In this document: piece after piece, positions 36,583 to 45,250 of the stretch
Layout: every line of letters begins with the position of its first letter
Numbering within the stretch: position 1 is the first letter of the stretch
Assembly: GCA_035632335.1 (NCBI GenBank)
Contig: DASQHA010000244.1
Location: forward strand, 16,335 to 80,334
Reading direction: 5' to 3'
From: Terriglobales bacterium
Lineage (GTDB): Bacteria > Acidobacteriota > Terriglobia > Terriglobales > Acidobacteriaceae
Length of the DNA: 64,000 nt
Notes under the pieces: model-generated
Database searches by the model: none
Seen by the model: only the letters and a program-made list of their open reading frames with translations
Told to the model about the DNA's origin: nothing
Position numbers and translations under genes: made by a program

Positions 36583-39489
36583 TTAGAAGGTGAACCGCAC
36601 TTGCATTTCCAGGCGCCGGTTGTTGGCGTTTTCCGAGAAACCACCGCCGCCACCACCAGCCATTTGATTCGCTTGACCGAACAGCGGTGAGGTGACGTTC
36701 CCGATGATCGGCCCCGGATTCGTGTGGTTCAAGAGGTTGCGCACCGACAGGGAGATCGACATGTTATAACGGCGGCTGGTGGTCGGACCGCCTCCGAAGC
36801 CGCCGCCGCCCTGGCCGCCGCCACCCGAGCCTCCTCCGCTGCGGCCACCTCCGCCACGCTCCGGTCCGAATCCGAAGGTCTTCGCAAGCCGCATATTCAC
36901 AGAAATCTGACCTGGGCCGCGTCCGTAATTGCGAGACAAGATCGTCTCCCCCGGTGCCGGATTCGGATCGAGCAACCCGTACTTGGTCGGGATCAGTCCG
37001 GGCCGACTCGGATCGGTGGCGATTCCGGGACGGGCGTTGAACAAAGTCGTGCCGTAGAGATCACTCCCCGTGGTGATATCGAACGGCGATCCGGACTGAA
37101 TGTTCAGCAGCGGGCTGAACCGAATACCCCACTTCGTGTCGATCGATCCATTGAGGCTGACGGTGTGGTGGACGTCGCTCGACGCGGGACCATACTCGCC
37201 GGAATAATTGTACGGATTCGCCGGATAGGTACCGAGTCCGTCCGTGTTGCTCCTCGCGTGGTTCCAGGTGTAGGTGCCAGTCAAGGAGACGTCTCTATTC
37301 ACCCTGGCGTTCACATTGACTGACACTTGATTCTGGTTGTACAGCCCCGAAGATGTCATCAGGAACAGCGGGTTCGAATTCCCGAGTGGAAACACGCCGC
37401 TCCCCCGGATGCTGGGATCGTAGGTGCCCGGTAGCGGGGCGTTGATATCCAACGAGCGCGGCACATGGAGCCCGCGCGAACCGGTGTATGTTACCGCCAA
37501 AGTGCTGCCCCGTGGAAGCTGGCGTTCGACCGTGAATGCCGCTTGGTAGGTATAGGGCGCTCGCAAATCCGACTCGACCTCACGCGTCACCTGCGTCGTC
37601 TGAAACGCGCCGAGCGTGGATATTGTCGGAATCGTTGAGAAGAAATCCGGATTCGTGACCACATATTGCTGCTGGATGATGCCATTGAAGCGTCTTGCCG
37701 TGAGCGTGTTATTCAAGCCAAAGCGGTCATAGAACATTCCGAATCCGGCCCGAAAGACCGTCTTCGGTTGCTGCTTGGCGCTGCCTCCGGGCGCCCAGGC
37801 GAGGCCGATGCGCGGGGCCCAATCGCCCCAGTCATGAATATTGGTCTGCGTTTCGTATCGCAGGCCCAGACTCATCGTAAAATTCGGGCGCAACTTCCAG
37901 TCGTCTCCAAAAAACAGACTGACGTCGGTCTGATTGCCCGAGATCTCTGGTATGCCCGAGTTGATGCTGAACTGGGTGGCTCCGCCGCCCAAAGCCCGGA
38001 TTTGCGTCGGCGTGTAGCCGAGCTGTTGAAATAACAGCGTCCGGCGGTATCGCTCAATCGACTGGATTCCGATGAATACCGGCTGGCCGGAAGGGTCCAA
38101 TACTAGCTGGTTGTTGGCATCCAACATCGGAGCCTGACCGCCGCCAAACGTGAAAGTTCCGTTGTAATTCTGGGGTGAAGTGCTGTCGATCGACTGTGTC
38201 CGCGTACGCACGCCAAACTTCATCACGTGGCCGCCGTGGATCATGGTCGTATAGTTCTGCAGCTCATAGTTGTTCTGTGTGTTGAAGGCATGTCCTGTCT
38301 GCGCGCCGCCTCCGTTGAACGATCCCAGGACCTGGATGGTGGGACTCTGCAGGTTAGGGATGGTTTCGCTGGCGTTTCGGCTGTACTGAAAACGGGTTTC
38401 ATTGATGGTAGTTCCAAACACCGCGGTCTCGGTTGCCTGCAGCGTCTGGTTGGTGCTTGGCGTATGGTAGGCCCGTGAGAGCAGGTCGAAACTACCGATC
38501 CCGGCGTCTTGGATGTCACTACGCGAGTACTGATAGCTGACCGTTAGTGTGTTATTGGCATTGAGTTGATAATCGGCGCGTGGCCGCACCTGGGTGCGCC
38601 GCTGCAGCGCGGCTGGTACGGCCGTGAAAGGCGTCGCGACGAGACTCACAGGATCGAGTATGATCGCATTCACGATGGAGCCGTTATCGATGGACTCGCG
38701 TGAGACATCCAGAGTGAACGATGCGCGGCGATTCAGGGAACCGCTCAAATTGCTTCGAAATTCATTGAGCTGCAAGGGCGCCTTTTGAGCCGCGTAAGGG
38801 TTCCGGGAATTCCAGAAGTCGCCCATGTAGTTGTAAGAGACCGAACCGCGCAGTTTGTCCGTGCCCGGTTTGGTAAGAATCTCGATGCGCCCCAAGCCGA
38901 TCTTGTCATATTCTGGCGAAAACGGATTCTGGTTAATACGAACTTCACGGATCGATTCTTTCGGTGGAAGCTCCCCACCGCTGAATCCATCGACGAAGAT
39001 CTGACCACCGTTCGGTCCCGCCGAGGGACCGGCGAGCGCTTGGAGGTCCGCTTGAAGATCAGCCGGATCGTCGGAGAGCGCATCCAGGGCGGCGCCCTTA
39101 ATGATCACCGCGCTGGCGTTGCCGGCGGCATCTGTACTCACCGCGGGGGCATCGCTGTCCGCCACTGTTATCTGCTGGGTTGTTACGGCGATCCTCAACT
39201 GGAGGTTGAGCGTCCCGAACCCCGAGCCGAGGGCGATCTTGGCTGGCTGAAGCATCCCCAGGTTGGGCGCCGAGGCCTGCACGCTGTAATCGCCGAGGCG
39301 GAGTCCGGTGATCACATAGGAGCCGTCTTTGCCGGTGGTCGCGGATCTGGTGCCGCCCGGCCCGTTTACCGCTACATTCGCGGACGGAATTACTGCCCCT
39401 GTTTCATCAGTGACGACGCCGCGCAGTGTTGACGTCTGCCCCATGAGCGAAGCGGAAAGAACAAAGAAGAGTGAAAGAGAGAGTTTCAT
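36583..39489 (-). CDS. CarboxypepD_reg-domain TonB-dependent-receptor-like outer-membrane barrel (968 aa) with Gly-rich C-terminal insertions
   Basis: Signal peptide, GVVTDETGAVIPSANVAV...GDYSVQASAPNL, barrel, Gly runs (GGGGRSGGGSGGGGQGGGGFGGGP; MAGGGGGGF), and terminal ..VRFTF. Confidence 0.85.
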   Translation of the reverse strand: MKLSLSLFFVLSASLMGQTSTLRGVVTDETGAVIPSANVAVNGPGGTRSATTGKDGSYVITGLRLGDYSVQASAPNLGMLQPAKIALGSGFGTLNLQLRIAVTTQQITVADSDAPAVSTDAAGNASAVIIKGAALDALSDDPADLQADLQALAGPSAGPNGGQIFVDGFSGGELPPKESIREVRINQNPFSPEYDKIGLGRIEILTKPGTDKLRGSVSYNYMGDFWNSRNPYAAQKAPLQLNEFRSNLSGSLNRRASFTLDVSRESIDNGSIVNAIILDPVSLVATPFTAVPAALQRRTQVRPRADYQLNANNTLTVSYQYSRSDIQDAGIGSFDLLSRAYHTPSTNQTLQATETAVFGTTINETRFQYSRNASETIPNLQSPTIQVLGSFNGGGAQTGHAFNTQNNYELQNYTTMIHGGHVMKFGVRTRTQSIDSTSPQNYNGTFTFGGGQAPMLDANNQLVLDPSGQPVFIGIQSIERYRRTLLFQQLGYTPTQIRALGGGATQFSINSGIPEISGNQTDVSLFFGDDWKLRPNFTMSLGLRYETQTNIHDWGDWAPRIGLAWAPGGSAKQQPKTVFRAGFGMFYDRFGLNNTLTARRFNGIIQQQYVVTNPDFFSTIPTISTLGAFQTTQVTREVESDLRAPYTYQAAFTVERQLPRGSTLAVTYTGSRGLHVPRSLDINAPLPGTYDPSIRGSGVFPLGNSNPLFLMTSSGLYNQNQVSVNVNARVNRDVSLTGTYTWNHARSNTDGLGTYPANPYNYSGEYGPASSDVHHTVSLNGSIDTKWGIRFSPLLNIQSGSPFDITTGSDLYGTTLFNARPGIATDPSRPGLIPTKYGLLDPNPAPGETILSRNYGRGPGQISVNMRLAKTFGFGPERGGGGRSGGGSGGGGQGGGGFGGGPTTSRRYNMSISLSVRNLLNHTNPGPIIGNVTSPLFGQANQMAGGGGGGFSENANNRRLEMQVRFTF

Positions 39490-39520
39490 TGATGTTCGTA
39501 GAAGGCGTCGTCTGGCGTGC

Positions 39521-39583
39521 CTCCGTTACAGAATACAGGCGGGACCTTAATATCCTCTGAACCGTCGGAAGAATTCTGTGGCC
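39521..39583 (-). repeat. 63-nt leader/promoter segment nearly identical to 48742..48804
   Basis: Hand alignment gives 57 of 63 identical positions. It contains the shared box and a GTAACGGAGG segment. Confidence 0.85.
39530..39561 (-). promoter_or_regulatory. shared box plus -10-like hexamer upstream of 36583..39489
   Basis: Minus strand reads TTCAGAGGATA TTAAGGTCCCG CCTG TATTCT. The hexamer ends 40 nt before ATG 39489. Confidence 0.6.
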
Positions 39584-39641
39584 GGGGATTGTATTTGAAC
39601 TTGAAGTGCCGCTGACCCTTACCGCTTCAAGGCATGCCTGC

Positions 39642-40667
39642 TCAGCGCTTTCCAGGCGCACGGTCAACTGGTTCGTAGATGATCATCCGTGCGACGGGCT
39701 GGCCATCCTCCTGCTGCTCTGGAGCGTAAACCCGATGAGTCGCTGTATCCACCGCAAGGCTGTGCACCATCGGCTGGACTGGGAAATCTTCAAGCTTTCG
39801 GAAGTGATCCGGATCGTCCTCCTGATACACGCCAATGACTCCGCTGGAACAAGCGGCATAAATCCGGCCGAGGCCTGGATCGAATTTGACGACGTCGGCG
39901 CCCTGAGCGAGCGGCAGGTGCGCAATGGCGCGGTGTGAATCCAAGGCGAATACAGTTAGCGTTCTGCTTCCGCCGCAAAGCAGGAATGCCCGATGATGCT
40001 CCGAATCGACGGCCATCCCGTGGTTGCCTCGACACCCTTCAACGGGATATTTACCGACCACGGTATCCGTGGCAGGGTCAATTTCCGCGACTTGGTTCAC
40101 GCTACGGAGATTAACGTAGACTTTTCGCGCGACTGAATCGTACTGCGGCATTCCGGTTTCGCTGTCGAATCTCACGGTTTTGACGATCTCGTCTTTATCC
40201 ACATCCACGATCGCGACCGCCTTACCGTTGGAATCGGAAACGTAAACTTTTCGGAACGGAGCAGCATACGCGCTCCCGTTTGGTTTTTCGGCAGTGGGCA
40301 GTCGCTTCATGACGCTCATGGAACGGAGATCCACAATGCCGATCTTGTCTTCTCCCCAGTCGGACGTATAGACCTTGCGAAGTCCGGGGACGTATTCCAG
40401 ACCCGTAATGCCCGGCACGCCAGGAATCGCCTTGACAAGCTGATTTGTTCGCACGTCGATGACATACAAGATACCGGGCCCGAGGTGCGCCGACAGCAGG
40501 TAGTGGTCCTCATCGTCCATCGTTAGATAGTCGAAACGCTGCCCTTTTGGGCCAGGAAGATCGATAACGCCAGCCTTCTTCAGCGTCTGACCAGTCAAGG
40601 GACACGCAAGCCAGAGCCAAGCGACAAGAGAGCAGCAGAAGATCTGAATCGGACGAAGATTGTTCAT
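39642..40667 (-). CDS. secreted YVTN-like beta-propeller protein (intact copy of the family disrupted at 28.3 kb)
   Basis: Signal peptide. Repeated ...YV.D......V.V.D... blades (ILYVIDVRTNQLV, KVYTSDWGEDKIGIVDLRS, KVYVSDSNGKAVAIVDVDK, KVYVNLRSVNQVAEIDPAT, RIYAACSSGVIGVYQ). Confidence 0.8.
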   Translation of the reverse strand: MNNLRPIQIFCCSLVAWLWLACPLTGQTLKKAGVIDLPGPKGQRFDYLTMDDEDHYLLSAHLGPGILYVIDVRTNQLVKAIPGVPGITGLEYVPGLRKVYTSDWGEDKIGIVDLRSMSVMKRLPTAEKPNGSAYAAPFRKVYVSDSNGKAVAIVDVDKDEIVKTVRFDSETGMPQYDSVARKVYVNLRSVNQVAEIDPATDTVVGKYPVEGCRGNHGMAVDSEHHRAFLLCGGSRTLTVFALDSHRAIAHLPLAQGADVVKFDPGLGRIYAACSSGVIGVYQEDDPDHFRKLEDFPVQPMVHSLAVDTATHRVYAPEQQEDGQPVARMIIYEPVDRAPGKR

Positions 40668-40716
40668 AGCTTTGTCCCTGAAGACCGGAACGCGCGAACC
40701 TCTCGCCTCCGTTACC

Positions 40717-40748
40717 AGGATACGCGGTTAACCTTAACATCCGCTGAA
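40717..40748 (-). promoter_or_regulatory. shared box plus -10-like hexamer upstream of 39642..40667
   Basis: Minus strand reads TTCAGCGGATG TTAAGGTTAAC CGCG TATCCT, followed by GGTAACGGAGG. Confidence 0.6.
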
Positions 40749-40904
40749 CGGCCATCGGCGACGCGACATCGCGTCCGCGGCTGGAAGGCACAAACTCAAC
40801 CAAACGACGCGGAGCTGAAGGCGTCTTGCTTTGGCGTGCACCTGCACGGACCCGGCTTGCCGGGGATCACGTCTGTTCTACCTGCACACGCTCCAGGCTG
40901 ACCG

Positions 40905-40936
40905 TTCAGTAGAAATTAAGGTTGCGGGTGTACTCT
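40905..40936 (+). promoter_or_regulatory. shared box plus -10-like hexamer upstream of 41000..41620
   Basis: Plus strand reads TTCAGTAGAAA TTAAGGTTGCG GGTG TACTCT, followed by GTAAAAAC. It is divergent from the copy at 40717-40748. Confidence 0.6.
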
Positions 40937-40999
40937 GTAAAAACTTACACAGTTGCGGATTTTCTGGAGGCGGGACTGAGCCAAAGAACGGAGATCCCC

Positions 41000-41620
41000 A
41001 TGAAGACTTTAACTGCGAGTGCTTTCGCCAGCGTCATGCTGGCCGGTGCGGCGCTCGCCGACACGGTCAACTTCGACAAGCTCAAGACTGGTGCGCCGCC
41101 GCCCGGGTGGACCGCCGGTCAGACCGGCAGCGGCGCAGCGAAGTGGTCGATCGAACGCGACGACACGGCGCCCAGCCAGCCGAACGTGCTCAAGCAATCC
41201 GGCCAGGCTACTTACGGGGTGTGTATCAAGGACGACGCCAGCATCAAGGATGGATTCGTCGAGGTGAAGTTCAAACCCATTTCCGGCACTACAGACCGGG
41301 CCGGCGGCCTGATCTGGCGCGCCAAAGATACGGATAATTACTACGTGACGCGGGCCAATGCGGTGGGAGGCAATATTTCCATCTATCACACCATCAAGGG
41401 TCAGCGAGTTGCGTTCAAGAGCATAAGTATGAACGTCGCGTCCGGCGAATGGCACACGCTGCGCGTCGATTTCCAGGGGAACCAATTCGCCGTGTCCTTC
41501 GATGGAAAGAAGGTTATTGAAGCCGCGGACGACAGCTTTGCCGACGCCGGTAAAGTGGGAGTGTTTACCAGGGCTGATAGCGTGACGCTGTTCGACGATT
41601 TCACCTATGGCGCGAAATAG
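41000..41620 (+). CDS. secreted concanavalin/LamG-fold protein (paralog 2 of 3)
   Basis: Signal peptide MKTLTASAFASVMLAGAALA. Very similar to 54201..54821 over its full length. ATG 41000 is preceded by GGAG. Confidence 0.85.
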   Translation: MKTLTASAFASVMLAGAALADTVNFDKLKTGAPPPGWTAGQTGSGAAKWSIERDDTAPSQPNVLKQSGQATYGVCIKDDASIKDGFVEVKFKPISGTTDRAGGLIWRAKDTDNYYVTRANAVGGNISIYHTIKGQRVAFKSISMNVASGEWHTLRVDFQGNQFAVSFDGKKVIEAADDSFADAGKVGVFTRADSVTLFDDFTYGAK

Positions 41621-42656
41621 CCTCAGGATCCTCGCATTGAAACACAGTCCGTTCTTGCCAGCCTTGTCGTGCTGCCTCACCGCAGTGTCGCTGCTGTCCG
41701 GCCTCGTCCCTGCACAAGAGAGCGAAGCCTCTCCGATGCGCAAAGTGCAGAGTCTCCCGCTCTCCGGTGTGCGGGGCCGCCTCGACCACTTCACAATCGA
41801 TAGGCAGCACAAGCGGATAATCTTTTCCTGCCTCGACAACAGCACTGTGCAAATCGTCGACGCGTTTGACGGCAGCCGGATTCATCAGATCCAAGGGCTT
41901 TCGCAGCCACGAGGCACGTTCTACCTTGCCGAAGGAGACAAGCTCTACGTTGCCAACGGGGCCGGCGGGCGCGTCAACGTTTACGACGGAATGAAATTCA
42001 CGCTCATCACGGCCATAGACTTCGGCAAAGACCCGGACACACTCCGCTTCGACGCCGCGGCGAAGCGCCTTTACGTCGGCTACGGCGCTGGCGCTATCGG
42101 CGTCATCGACGTCATGACGAATAAGCGGCTCGATATCGACTACAAACTCGAGGGCCATCCCGCGGATTTCCAGCTCGCGACGAAAACCCCGCAGATTTTC
42201 GTCAACGTCGCGGGCAAGAAAGACATCGCTGTTGTCGATCGCGCGACAGGCAAAGTCACAGATTGGGCGCTGCCCGCCGACCTCTCGGCGAATTCCCCGT
42301 TGGAGCTCGACGAGGTGCACCGCCGCGTGCTTATCGGCTCCCGAATGCCGTCGCACCTCATCGTCCTCAACATGGACACCCGTGCCGTCGTTGCAAACCT
42401 GCCGCTCACGGGCGACATAGATGGCATTTTCTACGACGCGGAGCGCAAGCGCGTCTACGTCGCGGGCGGCGAAGGTATCCTCAGTGTCTTCCAGCAGACC
42501 GGCGCCGACCGCTACTCAGACATGGGTAAGTATCCCAGCGCGGTCGGCGCGCGCACGGGCGTGTGGTATGCGAATCGCGACCAACTCTACATCGCCGCAC
42601 CGTCCAGCGGAACCATTGATGCGCGCCTGCTGGTGTTCGAGGCGCAGAATAACTAG
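41607..42656 (+). CDS. secreted beta-propeller protein (paralog of 53157..54164)
   Basis: Shares with 53157..54164 motifs such as GR.DH...D.....[IL]F...L.N.TV...D, RLY.ANG..G....[FY]DG..F, [PA]..FQL, VFVNV, [IL][IL]V[LF][ND][MT], D.[DI]..FYD.ER.RVYV.GG.G. Its start overlaps the LamG gene end by 14 nt. Confidence 0.8.
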   Translation: MARNSLRILALKHSPFLPALSCCLTAVSLLSGLVPAQESEASPMRKVQSLPLSGVRGRLDHFTIDRQHKRIIFSCLDNSTVQIVDAFDGSRIHQIQGLSQPRGTFYLAEGDKLYVANGAGGRVNVYDGMKFTLITAIDFGKDPDTLRFDAAAKRLYVGYGAGAIGVIDVMTNKRLDIDYKLEGHPADFQLATKTPQIFVNVAGKKDIAVVDRATGKVTDWALPADLSANSPLELDEVHRRVLIGSRMPSHLIVLNMDTRAVVANLPLTGDIDGIFYDAERKRVYVAGGEGILSVFQQTGADRYSDMGKYPSAVGARTGVWYANRDQLYIAAPSSGTIDARLLVFEAQNN

Positions 42657-42709
42657 GCCCCGCAAGAATGAGAGCTCATATTGTTTTCGCTTACAAAGGA
42701 GTGACACCC

Positions 42710-43096
42710 ATGTTGGCCCTGCTTTCCCTGAAGAACGCGTTTCTGGCTGGCGCTGTTTGTGCGACGCTGTGCGTCCTCGCGCCCGCTTCGTCGGCCGCGC
42801 CAGCGGCCTACACCTACGACATGACGCCGTACGAAACAATGGCTAAGGAATCGCTCAAGCTGGTCGCCGCCGGCGACATGAATGGGGCGTTGAAAAAGGC
42901 GCGGGAGCTGGAAGCAAAGTGGGACGCCGAAGCAACCGACCTGCGGGCGGCTGACCCGGACCTGTGGAACCTGATTGACGGGCAAATGGACGCCGCGATT
43001 GCGGCCCTGATGACGACCGACGCCAAGAAGGCTACCGAGGAGTTGAACAGCTACCTGGAAAAAGCGGCGCGTGTCCCGAAGCCGGACAAGAAGTAG
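42710..43096 (+). CDS. small secreted helical protein, unknown function
   Basis: ATG 42710 preceded by AAAGGAG. Signal peptide MLALLSLKNAFLAGAVCATLCVLAPASSA. The mature part is Ala/Lys/Glu-rich and helical-looking. Confidence 0.6.
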   Translation: MLALLSLKNAFLAGAVCATLCVLAPASSAAPAAYTYDMTPYETMAKESLKLVAAGDMNGALKKARELEAKWDAEATDLRAADPDLWNLIDGQMDAAIAALMTTDAKKATEELNSYLEKAARVPKPDKK

Positions 43097-43118
43097 CCCG
43101 GCGCCTGGATCGTCCCCG

Positions 43119-45248
43119 TTACTGCACCAGCATGAGCGGCGTGCGCCAGAAAGCTACCTTCTGACCATTGGGATCGATCACATAGACCTGACAGGTGTAC
43201 TTGCCCGGCTCCAGCTTCCCCAGTGGCACGCTGAACTTCAACGGCAACGCCTTTGATTTGGGATCGAGGCCCTCGGCCACCTGGAGCGGCGCCGTTTCAA
43301 ATGCCTTCACGCTGCCGCGATAGAAGCTCACGGTCGCGACCAGGGGTTGTGTCGTCTCCGCGGTTGGTTCATACGCTTGCAGATAGACGTACATTTCCTG
43401 AGTTCTGTTGAACACGTTCGTCACACTCGGAATCAGTTTCTTTTGGTCCTCGATTAAGGGGTTGGCGGCGTCCAGCTTCTTGTCTTTTTGAGCGTTGAAC
43501 AGCGCGGCGGTCATGTCCATCCGCTGGCTGCTCAACACAACCGAACTGATGGGTAGTACGGTTGTCTGGCTCGTAAGATCGGGAATCACGAACGCCCTCT
43601 CATAGGTCCCGATCTTTCCCGTTTCGTTGTCACGGGCGAGGAACTTGATGCGATACTTTCCGGGCGGAAGAGTAAAGCCTGTATCGTATTCCAGCGGACG
43701 CTTGGCCAATTGCCCCGCCAGCTCACCCTTTAATTTGACATCGATGATATCGCGCACGTTGCCTTTGGTCACACCACGGTCGTCTTTGATCTCACCGATG
43801 AAATCGATCTTCGTACTCTCAGCGCCGCCGTGCAGGGCGAGTTCGAGTTCGCTTCCAGGAATCTTAACCGATATAGGAACGAAATACCGGTCGCGCGCCA
43901 GCCGGAAGTAATCGATCTCCATGGCGATATCGATATCCGTAACCGGGTCTCCCAACATCAACGCCTGCTGGAGCTGCCGTTCCCTGTCGGCGGACGTGAA
44001 CTTGCTGAACTCCTTTCCAGCGTAGTAGCCGCGGCGATAGTCCAGGCCTTTCCCTACCAATGCCATCAAGGGGCCGTTCAGTGAGATCTTAATGCTGCGG
44101 AACTGGCCATCCAGTTTGTCGTTGGTGGGGTAGTATCCGAGGATGTAGTAACTGGAAATCGCCTGCTGTGCCTGCACGATTCCCGTCGCAAGCTCGCCGT
44201 TGTCGAGGAGAGCCTTGCCCCCAGTATCCGCAGCCAGGGTATAGAGAGTCTCCTGCTGTGCCTGGAAGTTGCTTGTCGCCGACCGCGCTGAACTACCGGT
44301 ATACATCCCCTGGCCGCCTGGGGATCCTTTGGTAGCATCCCCGAGGGGAGCGGTCGCAACCAAGCCCCGCGCGTCGATCGGATAAAACGACACGTTAGCA
44401 CGGATAGCCGCGTTGATGGTGGCCTGAAGTTGCGACTGGTTGTCCGTACCGCTTTGTTGCATGCCGCTGGTGAAATACACCAGCGCCTTCTTTTCCTGAA
44501 GAGTCCCTAACATCTTGACCGCCGTTTCGAGAGCCGACAACTGGCGATTGGTATTAAAAATGTTGAACTCCGAATCGTCCTGCTGGAACGCGGCGCCGGC
44601 ATCGGACGCGCTGTCATCGGCGGTGGTGACCCCAAAGCCTTGTCCCTCGCCAATCACCAAGCCCTTAATATCCTTGGACAATTGGTCGCGATCGTCAGTG
44701 AAGTCCTCCACGACCTGGAGGTCCGTGGAGAACTTCATGATCGCCATCAGATCGGATTTGGTCATCTGCGTTGTCAGGAACTTCAGTGCCGCGGCCCGAG
44801 CCCGAAGCTGGTCCCCGATCGGCATGGAGGTCAGGTCAAAGAACATGACGAGGAGACGGCGATCTCGATATTTGATATCGCCGGGTTTCTCCGAAGCGAT
44901 CTGAACGGCGGTCAGGGATTTGACCGGAGCCTCTCGTTTGTCCACCGGTTTCAGTGGTTCCGAAGGCTTAGGCCCTGTCTCGGCTTGCGGAGCCGCGGTT
45001 TCGTCCAGTTTCTGGAATTCGATGAAGCTGATCTTTTGGGGCTTGCCGTCTTCAGTCAGATTGAAATCCTTGGCCGTCAGCCCTTCGATGGGATTGCCGT
45101 TCTTATCCTTGACGATGACGTTTTCGACCACCAGGTTGGACGTGACCTTGAACGTGGGGATCTGCGCCGGCGACTGCGGAGATGCCTGTTGTGCGGCGCC
45201 GGACAACATCCAGATGAGAAGTGCTGCCGCAATGGGTCGCATAGTCAT
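43119..45248 (-). CDS. VWA-domain protein of the acidobacterial VWFA-related type
   Basis: Signal peptide. N-terminal FKVTSNLVVENVIVKDKNGNPIEGLTAKDFNLTEDGKPQKISFIEF resembles the VWFA-related acidobacterial domain as I remember it (TIGR03436). It is followed by a VWA-like core (LLVMFFDLTSM...). Confidence 0.75.
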   Translation of the reverse strand: MTMRPIAAALLIWMLSGAAQQASPQSPAQIPTFKVTSNLVVENVIVKDKNGNPIEGLTAKDFNLTEDGKPQKISFIEFQKLDETAAPQAETGPKPSEPLKPVDKREAPVKSLTAVQIASEKPGDIKYRDRRLLVMFFDLTSMPIGDQLRARAAALKFLTTQMTKSDLMAIMKFSTDLQVVEDFTDDRDQLSKDIKGLVIGEGQGFGVTTADDSASDAGAAFQQDDSEFNIFNTNRQLSALETAVKMLGTLQEKKALVYFTSGMQQSGTDNQSQLQATINAAIRANVSFYPIDARGLVATAPLGDATKGSPGGQGMYTGSSARSATSNFQAQQETLYTLAADTGGKALLDNGELATGIVQAQQAISSYYILGYYPTNDKLDGQFRSIKISLNGPLMALVGKGLDYRRGYYAGKEFSKFTSADRERQLQQALMLGDPVTDIDIAMEIDYFRLARDRYFVPISVKIPGSELELALHGGAESTKIDFIGEIKDDRGVTKGNVRDIIDVKLKGELAGQLAKRPLEYDTGFTLPPGKYRIKFLARDNETGKIGTYERAFVIPDLTSQTTVLPISSVVLSSQRMDMTAALFNAQKDKKLDAANPLIEDQKKLIPSVTNVFNRTQEMYVYLQAYEPTAETTQPLVATVSFYRGSVKAFETAPLQVAEGLDPKSKALPLKFSVPLGKLEPGKYTCQVYVIDPNGQKVAFWRTPLMLVQ

Positions 45249-45250
45249 AG

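Noticed and set aside
41009-42356. Two long minus-strand ORFs (41009..41845 and 41601..42356)
   Set aside because: They are antisense to the LamG-like and propeller genes, which have signal peptides and paralogs elsewhere in the window. The minus-strand translations are Arg-rich shadows.
43094-43121. Possible bidirectional terminator between the convergent stops at 43096 and 43119
   Set aside because: Only 22 nt separate the stops, and I see no stable hairpin beyond a GGCGCC palindrome.
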